This document shows positions 1 through 9,291 of a stretch of DNA of 64,000 bases, piece after piece. The DNA is from an uncultured delta proteobacterium. GTDB lineage: Bacteria > Desulfobacterota > Desulfobacteria > Desulfobacterales > SG8-13. The stretch covers positions 930,001-994,000 of the forward strand of contig CAWKCK010000003.1 in NCBI GenBank assembly GCA_963848135.1, read 5' to 3'. A program made the translations under genes and the position numbers. Below the pieces are notes generated by a model. The model was not told where the DNA came from. It saw only the letters and a list, made by a program, of their open reading frames with translations, and ran no database searches. The first letter of the stretch is position 1. The number at the start of each line of letters is the position of its first letter.

Positions 1-1091
1 ACATAGCGGTCGTTGGAAAGCGGTTCTTGCCGGTGCTGTTCAATCAAAGCGATCAAGCCGGCAGTTGATGCCGGCAAAACCTGTAAACCTTCTTTGTCGC
101 GGATGAGCTTCGTGAAGGTCAGCATGTTTTTGTCGGTGGCATCGCTGGCCCAACCGTTGGTGGATCGAATGGCCTCCAGGGCATATTCGCCGTCAACGGA
201 ATGCCAGTTGATCAGCGGTTCGTTGACGACGGTTTCCCGGATTTTCTGCGGATTGAGATCTTCACAGGATGCGGCTTTTTTCACGAACGCCTGAATAATG
301 GGGTTTTTCTTGTGGGAAGATCCCGCGACAATTCTCGGCATGCGGGAGGTTTTCCCTCGGCGATAGAGGCTCAGAAACCCCTTGTAAATGCCGGTAATGG
401 TTGTTCCGTTGGAGACCGGTACGGCCACCACAAGCGGTGCGTCCCTCAGGTCGTCATAGATTTCTTGAGCAATCTGGCCATAAGCCCGCAGCTGCAGGAC
501 AACGTTGTCCCCACCGGGGTTGGCGTCATATATCTCTTCTTGCTGGGCCCGCTGTCTGGAGTATTCCACCGCGTTTTCATAGGAGCCGGGAACACGAATG
601 ATCTCGGCGCCCATGCCCGTCATCTCCTCGATACGCTTGGTGTGGAACGAATCGGGTATGTAAATCAGACAGTGTAAACCGGCCAATGAACAGGCCAAAG
701 CCATGGCAGCGCCGTAGTTCCCACAAGTCGCGACCGTGATGGCATCATATCCACGTCGAAGCGCATCCATGGCCTGAGCGAAAGCGATCCGGTCCTTCTG
801 TGTACCGGTGGGGTTGCCGCCTTCAAACTTGAGATAGATTTGGCGCAGGCCCATTTCTCGTTCAATATTGCGGGCCCGAACCATGGCGGTGTCTCCGACC
901 TCCGAGTCGATAATGTCTTCGTAAGCCTCGAGCCTCTCTTCGACGGGTCTGCCGGGATCTTCTGCGATTTTTCTCAGCTCTTCGACCGCCCGGGCAACAT
1001 CGAACGCCTCGCCCGTCGCCCCGTCCAGGATATTGCGGGGGCGATCACTTATCGGGACTTCCTGCATATCGTGGGCTTGTTCGTCTTTCAT
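1..1091 (-). CDS. PLP-dependent fold-type II enzyme (threonine synthase-like), 3' end runs off the window
   Basis: Not in the ORF track because there is no stop inside the window. Manual translation from ATG 1091 (SD AGGAG just upstream) gives MKDEQAHD...IYLKFEGGNPTGTQKDRIAFAQ...TVATCGNYG. NPTGxxKDR is the PLP-lysine motif of the ThrC-like family. Confidence 0.85.
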   Translation of the reverse strand, partial: MKDEQAHDMQEVPISDRPRNILDGATGEAFDVARAVEELRKIAEDPGRPVEERLEAYEDIIDSEVGDTAMVRARNIEREMGLRQIYLKFEGGNPTGTQKDRIAFAQAMDALRRGYDAITVATCGNYGAAMALACSLAGLHCLIYIPDSFHTKRIEEMTGMGAEIIRVPGSYENAVEYSRQRAQQEEIYDANPGGDNVVLQLRAYGQIAQEIYDDLRDAPLVVAVPVSNGTTITGIYKGFLSLYRRGKTSRMPRIVAGSSHKKNPIIQAFVKKAASCEDLNPQKIRETVVNEPLINWHSVDGEYALEAIRSTNGWASDATDKNMLTFTKLIRDKEGLQVLPASTAGLIALIEQHRQEPLSNDRY

Positions 1092-1383
1092 GGGACTCCT
1101 TACCCGGTTTCTCCTTATCGTTCGGCTGTTCGGTCCCGCCGGCCGCAGGATGTTTTATATCGTGGTTGTTAAAAAAACGTTCCGTTATGCGGACATTTTT
1201 TTCCTGACATCACTTATACCACCTTACCATATTTCGGAATTTATTTTTGATAAGTGGATAAACGCCGCTCGGGTCGACACCTACTCCCAGGACCGATATT
1301 CGGCCGATTCATACACGCGTCACCCAAAGGGCTGACATGGTTGGATCTGATATCAAATTATGCTGAAAAAGGCTATCGGATGA

Positions 1384-1398
1384 TGGCATGCATTTTGC
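1384..1398 (+). promoter_or_regulatory. sigma54 (RpoN) -24/-12 promoter
   Basis: TGGCATGCATTTTGC matches TGGCA-N6-TTGC with exact GG-N10-GC spacing. It lies about 110 nt upstream of the disrupted ORF at 1510. Confidence 0.7.
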
Positions 1399-1509
1399 CT
1401 TATATTTAAATGCGGTCACCGAATTGCAACGGCAGCGACAATGTCAGGTTGACCGGTCGTATGCGCAATATAATTGTTTTCCGAACTTCTGGGACGCCCT
1501 TAGCGTGAA

Positions 1510-1718
1510 ATGGTCCATATTCATGGCATCATCGTACCGGTGAAGTGGGACGAAAGGGGTAAAATCGCCGGTCTCGGTATCGAAACTTTCTGATCGACCA
1601 ACAGTCGTAGAGTTACGACCTGACAGTACTGATTCAGGAATCGGTGGAACTTGGCGGTGAACTCGCGCGGGAATCCGTAAACAAAATTATCAGTGTGATA
1701 GAGGTGCGAAGACTTTAA
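1510..1718 (+). pseudogene. disrupted small hypothetical protein (frameshift plus internal stop)
   Basis: First frame reads MVHIHGIIVPVKWDERGKIAGLGIETF*. Protein-like sequence continues in another frame as LIDQQS*SYDLTVLIQESVELGGELARESVNKIISVIEVRRL*. It sits downstream of a sigma54 promoter. Confidence 0.5.
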
Positions 1719-2069
1719 GCCGCCGGTTGAGACTTCGGCCCGCTATCTCGGGTCACTGGCCCCACCTAATTTTATAGGCTGCTGTTCGTCGCGCCCTTGC
1801 AGCCGTCCGCGTTTTGCCAAGCCCCTTATATACCGCGTTTCAAAAATAATTTCCGCAATAGGCAAGGATGGTAATGGACGTGTTTTTGACGGGTGCCAAC
1901 GTACTGGCGGTAAAAGAAATACTTGAAAAACCTGTCCGCTGCATGGAAATGGTCGATTATAATTATCGGCTGGCTTTGCGGCATTTCGCCGATATCGGCC
2001 TCAGGCGCTGGCTCGAGACACTGGTGATTGATACCTTCGGCGCCGCCTGACCCATAGGAAATTTTTAAA

Positions 2070-2084
2070 TGGCATTATTTTTGC
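2070..2084 (+). promoter_or_regulatory. sigma54 (RpoN) -24/-12 promoter of dksA
   Basis: TGGCATTATTTTTGC has exact GG-N10-GC spacing and lies about 110 nt upstream of the dksA ATG. Confidence 0.7.
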
Positions 2085-2192
2085 GTTGATCTTGACGCCA
2101 CGTCCGATTATCATACCTTTACCCATGGGGACGATGTGTGGCGGGCCACCAGGATGTGTCCAATCAGGGGATTTTGAACAAGGGAGATTACA

Positions 2193-2555
2193 ATGAAACA
2201 AGCGGATCTCAATTTATTGAGAGATCTTCTCGAAAACCAGCTTGACCAACTTCAATGTCAAGCGGATCATTCTATGCTTGACCTATTAGAAAAAGACAGC
2301 AATGCACCTGATCTCGTGGACAGGGCTGCGCTTGAATCCGAGCGGGATTATACGATTCGCATTCGGGACAGGGAAAGTCGCCTGATCAAGAAAATACAAA
2401 AGTCCCTCAAGGATATCGAGAACGGGACCTATGGTATCTGTCAAATGTGCGGCGAAGACATTTCCGTAAAACGACTCAAGGCACGCCCGGTTGCGCGCTA
2501 CTGTATCGTATGCAAGAGCAAGATGGAGGAGACTGAGCGTGCCGCCGGATTTTAA
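2193..2555 (+). CDS. dksA: RNA polymerase-binding transcription factor DksA/TraR family
   Basis: Coiled-coil tip PDLVDRA (DxxDxA), GTYGICQMCGEDI...RLKARP...CIVC zinc finger, SD GGGAG. Confidence 0.92.
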   Translation: MKQADLNLLRDLLENQLDQLQCQADHSMLDLLEKDSNAPDLVDRAALESERDYTIRIRDRESRLIKKIQKSLKDIENGTYGICQMCGEDISVKRLKARPVARYCIVCKSKMEETERAAGF

Positions 2556-2973
2556 CCGCCAGCCTTTCAGGGCATTAAATGGCCACGCGACAACACTGTT
2601 GCCCATCGGCGAAACCGGCGGGACAGCGATGATCTCATCATCGCCGGGGCGACCCCATCATCAACCAACACCTTATGTGGCGAAACTATCGTTGCGTTTG
2701 CCGCATTGTTTCTTCTTTTCCTGTTGCAGTTCTACGTCATTTCTGTCACTTTCTATGAACGATAGTTCTGATTGACATCCAGCGCTAATAATAATCGATT
2801 GAAGTCTAAATCTACAGATTGTCATAAAGGCGCTTAAAGATTATATGCAATAACGGAGTATACGCAATGCTGTGATCCGTGCATATGACGCGATATGGTT
2901 AAGGTACCGCGTGCCGGTTGACAGGGGTCAGACGCAGAGGAGGTGTCAAAGCTTGCAGGGAAAGGGGGATCCG

Positions 2974-3204
2974 ATGAAGGAGTTGATCGAAATGATCGCC
3001 AAAGCCTTGGTTGATTATCCGGAACAGGTTAGTTTATCGGTCATCGAGGGGAGCCGAACACGGGTCCTGGAACTGCGTGTAGCCAAGGAAGATTTAGGCA
3101 AAGTGATTGGTAAACAGGGGCGCAATGCCCGGGCGATCCGGACCATTCTGGGGGCCGCGTCGGCTAAATTGGATCAGCGGTTTGTTCTTGAAATCATTGA
3201 GTAG
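2974..3204 (+). CDS. khpA: KH-domain RNA-binding protein KhpA
   Basis: [14 protein letters not shown]...[20 protein letters not shown] carries the GxxG KH loop. Start moved to ATG 2974 after a GGGGG SD. Confidence 0.9.
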   Translation: MKELIEMIAKALVDYPEQVSLSVIEGSRTRVLELRVAKEDLGKVIGKQGRNARAIRTILGAASAKLDQRFVLEIIE

Positions 3205-3520
3205 TCATTTAATGAAGCGTTCCAACCCGATGGTTGGTTAAACGGCAGGTGTGATATTTCCCTACCGGGATCCTTACCTCTGTCAAAGATCTTCTGTGCG
3301 GATCGGTACAAGATTCGCGGAATGACTATGCCGGTTGTGATATCCCTTTCGACAATGGCTGTTGGGGTCAACCAGAGCGGAAGTGCAAGTTCCGTTTATA
3401 GGGGAACTCGAACTATCGGTTCTTTATATCCCCAGAATAAAGAACCACGACCGGATAAATAACATAGTGTACCTTGCGTCAACGCTGCCGGGTGCCACCG
3501 ACATTGGATATGTAAAACAG

Positions 3521-3688
3521 ATGAAGACTGCAGGTCAATTGTATATCATTAGAAACAATGGTATCATCCGTCGAACGTTCATTATCGTAGAAGAAACGTT
3601 TGCGCTCGATGACGCATTCGATCAGGAAGAAACAGACAAATTAGAAAACAGCTGGCATTCAGATTTTTATGGGATGCCTGAATGCTGA
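3521..3688 (+). CDS. small hypothetical protein (55 aa)
   Basis: MKTAGQLYIIRNNGIIRRTFIIVEE...GMPEC ends 35 nt before hup. SD is weak and no family is recognised. Confidence 0.35.
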   Translation: MKTAGQLYIIRNNGIIRRTFIIVEETFALDDAFDQEETDKLENSWHSDFYGMPEC

Positions 3689-3723
3689 TTACCGACAATC
3701 CATAGGGAAAGGAGAATATTCGA

Positions 3724-3993
3724 ATGAACAAAGGAGATCTTGTCAGTGAAGTTTCACAAGTGCTTGCGTCCAAAAAGGACGCGCAAGCAGCAATAGATAC
3801 GCTGTTGGCCGCTATTACAAAGGCACTCAAAAAAGGTGAAGACGTCACTCTGGTCGGGTTTGGTACCTTCAAGGTCACCAAGCGGAAAGCCCGGATGGGT
3901 AGAAACCCCCGAACCGGTGAAGAAATCAAAATCAAAGCCGCCAATGTACCAAAATTTGTGGCGGGTAAAGCCTTGAAAGATGCCGTAGCGTAA
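3724..3993 (+). CDS. hup: DNA-binding protein HU
   Basis: MNKGDLV...[30 protein letters not shown]...[21 protein letters not shown]. Confidence 0.97.
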   Translation: MNKGDLVSEVSQVLASKKDAQAAIDTLLAAITKALKKGEDVTLVGFGTFKVTKRKARMGRNPRTGEEIKIKAANVPKFVAGKALKDAVA

Positions 3994-4040
3994 AGCGGTT
4001 TTTTGAAACCACGGGTTCGTGCCTTCTTGCCGCGATCACG

Positions 4041-4072
4041 GGAGCCGGCGATGGAAATGCATCGCCGGCTCC
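4041..4072 (+). terminator. strong stem-loop downstream of hup (terminator or 3' stabiliser)
   Basis: Perfect 13-bp stem GGAGCCGGCGATG / CATCGCCGGCTCC with a 6-nt loop. There is no U-tract. Confidence 0.45.
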
Positions 4073-4470
4073 GATGCACTGTTGAGGCTTCGCTTTAGAA
4101 CCTCTTCGAAGGCACAGCTATAATTGTTTTAATTAAATTATTCCGAATAATAACGCCGTCTTCGAGATGAAAATTTGCGGCTTCGGAAACCTTCGCTGGC
4201 TCAAAAGCTACCCAGCAGTGCCCGGCATGCCTTCCATTATATTCATACGGTTAGCCCCGTCTCCGCGACGCGCCGTCACCGGCAGCCGGTAACCCCTCAT
4301 TTCTGTTGTTATATAAACTTATTATGCTATGGTAGCGCAAAATAGCTCTGCCCAGAGGTGCCGTGCAATTCCCTTGGCCGATGCTTCCTCGACAGGTAAG
4401 AATTCTGAACAGTGTAACGAGACGCTATCTTTGATTCCCCGAGCCGGGTACCGGTTTCAGAGGCGCGTAA

Positions 4471-5460
4471 ATGGATTATAATCGGCTGCGATTTGCCATT
4501 CTTATCTATATCGGAACCATCGTTTTTGGAACCGTCGGCCTCTTCCTGGTCGAGGGGATGCCGTTCTTTGATGCCTTCTACATGACGATCATCACCATCA
4601 GCACGGTCGGATTCAGTGAAATCAAACCGTTATCGTTTCTTGGCCGTGTCGTAACGATCTTTATCATCGTCGGCGGCATTTCAATGGGGGCCTATACGAT
4701 CGGAACACTTTTGCGAATGTTCATCGAAGGGGAACTGAGCAAAATTTTCGGGAGAAGAAAGTTGGAAAAAAATATCTCTGCCATGAAAGGGCATTTCATC
4801 ATTTGCGGGTTCGGCCGAATTGGCAGCATTATCTGCCGGGAACTTAGCGAGGATAATATTTCCTTTATCGTTATCGAGGAAGATCCGTCGAAAAACGCTG
4901 AACTTGAATCCGAAGGCTATCTATACATAAATATGGACGCCACTTCGGAGGAAGCCCTGAGCAAGGCCGGCATCATGAACGCCAAGGGGATTGTCACCGC
5001 GGTGCGATCGGATGCCAACAACGTATTCATCACCCTGACGGCCAAAGGCTTGCGGCCCGAGATTTTTATACTCTCACGCGCATCGGACGTGAAAAATGAA
5101 GGCAAACTCATCAAAGCAGGCGCTTCCCGCGTGGTATCGCCCTATCAGCTCGGCGGACGGCGTATGGCAGAGGTGTTGAAGCGTCCCACCGTGGTTGATT
5201 TTATCGACGTCGCCACCGCACACAAACACCTTGGGCTGGCCATGGAAGAAGCCTGTGTCAGCGACAAGTCCTTCCTTGCGGGTAAAAATCTCATCGACAG
5301 CCGGTTGCGTCAGGACTATGGTGTGATTATCGTGGCGATAAAAAAGTCTACCGATCGAATGATCTTCAATCCCGTCGCCTCAGAAACTATCGAGGCCGGG
5401 GATGTGATTGTCGTAATCGGTAAGAAGGAAGATCTCAAGCGGATGAACGACATCATGTGA
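4471..5460 (+). CDS. potassium channel with TrkA-N/TrkA-C (RCK) domains
   Basis: Selectivity filter TISTVGFSE, Rossmann motif IICGFGRIG, C-terminal TrkA-C domain. Confidence 0.92.
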   Translation: MDYNRLRFAILIYIGTIVFGTVGLFLVEGMPFFDAFYMTIITISTVGFSEIKPLSFLGRVVTIFIIVGGISMGAYTIGTLLRMFIEGELSKIFGRRKLEKNISAMKGHFIICGFGRIGSIICRELSEDNISFIVIEEDPSKNAELESEGYLYINMDATSEEALSKAGIMNAKGIVTAVRSDANNVFITLTAKGLRPEIFILSRASDVKNEGKLIKAGASRVVSPYQLGGRRMAEVLKRPTVVDFIDVATAHKHLGLAMEEACVSDKSFLAGKNLIDSRLRQDYGVIIVAIKKSTDRMIFNPVASETIEAGDVIVVIGKKEDLKRMNDIM

Positions 5461-5587
5461 ACAGGCGCCAACACACCTGGAGCATGTCCGCAATGGAACG
5501 GGAGGCTGACTTATGCATGAGTTTGCGCGCTGACGTCGCTGATTATTCCTCCCGCTCCCGGTTAATGAAAACTCCCCGAGGGCTCAA

Positions 5588-6823
5588 CTACCCGTTTGCC
5601 GGATAGCTCATTTGGCGGACAATGTATTCGCGGATACGGTTGCCGTCCATTTCCTTAACGGTGACCAGATAGTCTCCGATAGTTATCTCCTCTTTTTCGG
5701 TTGGAATGCGTTCGATAACATTGAGGACATAGCCTGAAAAGGTGTCATAGTCCTTCGATTCCGGAATATTCATCGGTATCTTCTCATTGACGTCATCGGT
5801 ATCCGAATTCCCCGGTACAATCCATTCCCCCCGCTTGACTCGAGCAATTTGAGGTTCGTCTTTGTCGGTTTCATCCGTAATTTCCCCGACAATCTCCTCA
5901 AGTGCATCTTCGAGGGTGATCAGCCCCGACACACCACCGTGTTCGTCTACAACGATTGCCATATGCTGCTTTCTCTTTTTGAACGCCCGCAACAGTGAAT
6001 CGAGTTTCTTGTTTTCAGGAACGAAATAAGGTGATTGCATAATCTTGCGAATGGTCGTTTGGCCGTTGGTGCTGGCGTAGTCAAGGAACAGGTCCTTGAT
6101 GTTCAGGATGCCAATGACGTGATCGAGGTCGCCTTCGATTACCGGAAACCGGGTGTAGCCCGATTGAATCAGATTCTCCAAATCGAGTTTACCATCGGCG
6201 TCGATGACGAACATGTCCCCCCGGGGGGTCATGATTTCCGAGGCTTCAGTGTCGTCAAACTCAAAGATGTTATGGATCAGTTCCTTCTCTTCTTCCTTGA
6301 TTTTACCCTCTTCTTCGACCACCTCCACGAATGTCAGGAATTCCTCTTCCGTTACCCCGGATTTGCGTTGGATTTTTCCTGTGAGTTTGGGAATGAATTT
6401 GAGCAGATAGATGAAAGGGGCCAGCAGCAGTGAGAGCCAATAAATCGGAATGATAACCAGGCGGGCAACGAGTACGTCGTTGCGGGTTGCCACCGATTTT
6501 GGAAATATCTCACCGAAGACCAATATCAGAAATGTCATCACTCCGGTAGTGATGCCAACGGCATGCGCCGATACGAGGTCGATCGTAATGGCCGTGGCCA
6601 GAGCGGCGGCACCGATGTTCACCAGATTGTTACCGATCAGAATCGTGGCAAGAAGCCGATGCGGATCCGCCTTCATTTTCTTAATCAGTTTCTCGACGCT
6701 GCCACCCGATTTGGCAAGGTATCTTGCCTGTGCTTTACTGATCGAGTAGAGGGCGGTTTCGGCCGAGGAGAAAAAACCGGACATCAGAATTAGAATAGCC
6801 AACACAATAAACTGAGCAGTCAT
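5588..6823 (-). CDS. CNNM/DUF21-CBS-CorC (hemolysin family) transporter protein
   Basis: SGFFSSAETA, LVFGEIFPKS, IMTPRGDM, VVDEHGGVSGLITLEDALEEIVGEI. Confidence 0.92.
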   Translation of the reverse strand: MTAQFIVLAILILMSGFFSSAETALYSISKAQARYLAKSGGSVEKLIKKMKADPHRLLATILIGNNLVNIGAAALATAITIDLVSAHAVGITTGVMTFLILVFGEIFPKSVATRNDVLVARLVIIPIYWLSLLLAPFIYLLKFIPKLTGKIQRKSGVTEEEFLTFVEVVEEEGKIKEEEKELIHNIFEFDDTEASEIMTPRGDMFVIDADGKLDLENLIQSGYTRFPVIEGDLDHVIGILNIKDLFLDYASTNGQTTIRKIMQSPYFVPENKKLDSLLRAFKKRKQHMAIVVDEHGGVSGLITLEDALEEIVGEITDETDKDEPQIARVKRGEWIVPGNSDTDDVNEKIPMNIPESKDYDTFSGYVLNVIERIPTEKEEITIGDYLVTVKEMDGNRIREYIVRQMSYPANG

Positions 6824-6891
6824 TAAAAGGGTTCCTGTTAGTTCAGCATAATTATAAGATCAATGATTTTGCCGTAACTTCCACCAAAACG

Positions 6892-8532
6892 TCATCCGAC
6901 TAACGGTCGTTTCCAGACCGTGTCTCTATTCCAGTACTGGTCGTCACGCTGGGGATACTGGATATTGTAGTGTAACCCCCGGCTCTCTTTGCGGTGGGTG
7001 GCACATCGAATGATGAGTTCTGCAACCGTTGCGATATTGCGCAGTTCGATGAGGTCGGAAACAATTTTGAAATTCCAGTAGTACTCCTGGATTTCTTTTT
7101 GAATTATTTCGATGCGTCGCTGGGCCCGCTCCAACCTTTTGTCGGAACGCACGATACCGACGTAATTCCACATCAAACGTCTGATTTCGTCCCAGTTGTG
7201 GGCAACCATGATCATTTCGTCGCTGTCGGTGGTGCCGGTTTCATCCCAGTCCGGCGGTGCAGGAACAGCGGTGTAATCGCTGGACGCCAGGTCCTCGATC
7301 GCCATACCGGCGGCGTTGTCGGCATACACGAGGGCTTCCAGAAGAGAGTTGCTCGCCAAACGGTTGGCACCATGCAAGCCGGTACAGGCCGTTTCACCGA
7401 CGGCGTAGAGCCGGCGGATGTCGGCACGGCCGGCCATATCCGTAACAACGCCGCCGCACATGTAGTGGGCCGCCGGGACCACTGGGATCGGATCTGCCGC
7501 CATATCGATCCCAAAGGTGAGACAGTTCTCGTAAAGGTTTGGAAAGCGGTCCGTGATGAAGGTTTTCGACAGAGGGGTAACGTCCAGAAATACACAGTCG
7601 GCGCCACTTTTCTTTAGCTCCGTGTCAATTGCCCGCGCCACGATATCCCGACACGCAAGGTCCTTTTGGGGAGAGTAGGATTCCATGAAAGCCCGGCCGT
7701 TTCGGTCGATGAGAACACCGCCTTCACCTCGGACGGCTTCCGATATAAGAAAATTTTTGGCGTCCGGGTGGAATAGACAAGTCGGGTGAAACTGGACGAA
7801 CTCGAGGTTGGCTACCGAGGCCCCCGCCCGGTACCCCATGGCGATGCCGTCACCGGTGGCGATGTCCGGGTTGCTGGTATAAAGGTAGACCTTACCGGTG
7901 CCTCCGGTGGCCAGCAGGGTGATCTTAGCTCTGAAGGTTTCTACACGCTGGGTGATTCGATTCAACACATAGGCACCACAGCAAAAATCCTCATGGGTGG
8001 TCGTGACCTGACCGCGCTTCATCCGCGTGGAGCAGGTAATCAAGTCGATGGCAATATGATTCTCGTACAGTGTGATCCGTTGGTGGGCTCTTGCGCGTTC
8101 GACAAGGACGTTTTCCACGGCGCGACCGGTCATGTCCTGGGCGTGTACGATACGGTTGCGGCTATGGCCGCCCTCCCGGCCGAGGTCAAATTCGGACAGG
8201 GTTGATCCGGCAGTCGACGATCGGTTCAGGTTGAAGTCGACCCCGAGGTCGATGAGTTTCCGGATGCATCGCGGCCCACGTGTTACCACCATTTCCACGA
8301 CATCTCGATCACAGAGACCGTCACCGGATGCCAGCGTATCCTGTACGTGTAGGTCGAATGAATCCAGTGGATCAAACACGGATGCAATCCCACCCTGGGC
8401 CAGGTTGGTGTTGCTGTCCATTACCGCTTTCTTTGTGACCAGGGCGACCTTACCGTGTTTGGCAACTTTCAGGGCGAAGGAAAGACCTGCAATGCCGCTA
8501 CCGATAATTAAAAAATCTGTATCAATTGTCAT
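6892..8532 (-). CDS. nadB: L-aspartate oxidase
   Basis: GSGIAG FAD motif, NTNLAQGGIA, REGGHS, QFHPT, LISEAVRGEG, HYMCGG, GLHGANRLASNSLLE, ESRGLH. Confidence 0.97.
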   Translation of the reverse strand: MTIDTDFLIIGSGIAGLSFALKVAKHGKVALVTKKAVMDSNTNLAQGGIASVFDPLDSFDLHVQDTLASGDGLCDRDVVEMVVTRGPRCIRKLIDLGVDFNLNRSSTAGSTLSEFDLGREGGHSRNRIVHAQDMTGRAVENVLVERARAHQRITLYENHIAIDLITCSTRMKRGQVTTTHEDFCCGAYVLNRITQRVETFRAKITLLATGGTGKVYLYTSNPDIATGDGIAMGYRAGASVANLEFVQFHPTCLFHPDAKNFLISEAVRGEGGVLIDRNGRAFMESYSPQKDLACRDIVARAIDTELKKSGADCVFLDVTPLSKTFITDRFPNLYENCLTFGIDMAADPIPVVPAAHYMCGGVVTDMAGRADIRRLYAVGETACTGLHGANRLASNSLLEALVYADNAAGMAIEDLASSDYTAVPAPPDWDETGTTDSDEMIMVAHNWDEIRRLMWNYVGIVRSDKRLERAQRRIEIIQKEIQEYYWNFKIVSDLIELRNIATVAELIIRCATHRKESRGLHYNIQYPQRDDQYWNRDTVWKRPLVG

Positions 8533-8785
8533 GGTTTCGTTTGGTTGAATTCATTCGGCGGCAGCCGTAAATTAGAATTCTGCCGGGCTGGGAGGCCGGT
8601 TTGGTGTGATCCAGCCGTGGATTGACCAAACCGACAGAAACATTGTATGATATATTTTCCGAATCCGCAAAGAATCTGTCAATACTTTCTTCAAAAACTG
8701 TTGAATTCATGTTAATTACAGCCGAGCGGTACGCTTCTGGATACCGGCGGCTGAAAAGGCCAGGTTGCGGAAATGGTGAGTTGCC

Positions 8786-9214
8786 ATGATTGTATATGAT
8801 CTTCAGTGTGTCAATGACCATCGCTTTGAAGGCTGGTTTGAAGACGAGAAAGCCTATAATGAGCAAGACAAGAAGGCGTTGATCGCCTGCCCGATTTGCA
8901 ACGTGTCGGCGGTCACCAGAATCCCGTCGACGTTTGGCATTAAATCCGCATCACGCCCTTCCGTCGCTTCCGTACCGGTATCCACCGACAAGGAAATGGC
9001 CGAATTCGGCCGGTTGATGACGGAATTTATTGAAAAGAATTTCGACAATGTGGGGTGTGACTTCACAAAAGAAGCCTTGAAAATTCATTACGGTGTCGTT
9101 GAGCCACGCAACATAAGGGGCACCAGTTCACCGGAAGAGGAAAAGGTGCTCAAGGAAGAAGGCATAGACTTCGTCAAAATTCCGGTTCCCTCCAACTCGA
9201 AATCAGAGGCCTGA
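8786..9214 (+). CDS. DUF1178-family zinc-ribbon protein
   Basis: MIVYDLQCVNDHRFEGWF...ACPIC...FTKEALKIHYG...RNIRG. Confidence 0.85.
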   Translation: MIVYDLQCVNDHRFEGWFEDEKAYNEQDKKALIACPICNVSAVTRIPSTFGIKSASRPSVASVPVSTDKEMAEFGRLMTEFIEKNFDNVGCDFTKEALKIHYGVVEPRNIRGTSSPEEEKVLKEEGIDFVKIPVPSNSKSEA

Positions 9215-9291
9215 CCACAAGTCACCCGATCCGGTCCCTGTCTTGGTGTGCTACTGCCTCAAACCCAAACGGCTGATTCAACAAACAGGCC

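Noticed and set aside
1253..1262. Isolated DnaA-box-like TTATCCAC sequences, here and near 58275
   Set aside because: They are single imperfect boxes with no cluster or unwinding element, so this is not an origin.
13..1335. Plus-strand ORFs 13-294, 201-677, 840-1172 and 1033-1335
   Set aside because: They are antisense shadows of the minus-strand PLP enzyme and carry no recognisable motifs.
1591..1593. In-frame TGA in the ORF starting at 1510, considered as selenocysteine
   Set aside because: Readthrough gives only a short non-protein-like stretch before another TGA, and the plausible continuation is in a different frame.
1868..2050. 60-aa ORF with a faint resemblance to a methyltransferase C-terminal fragment
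   Set aside because: There is no intact motif and the similarity is too weak to support without a search.
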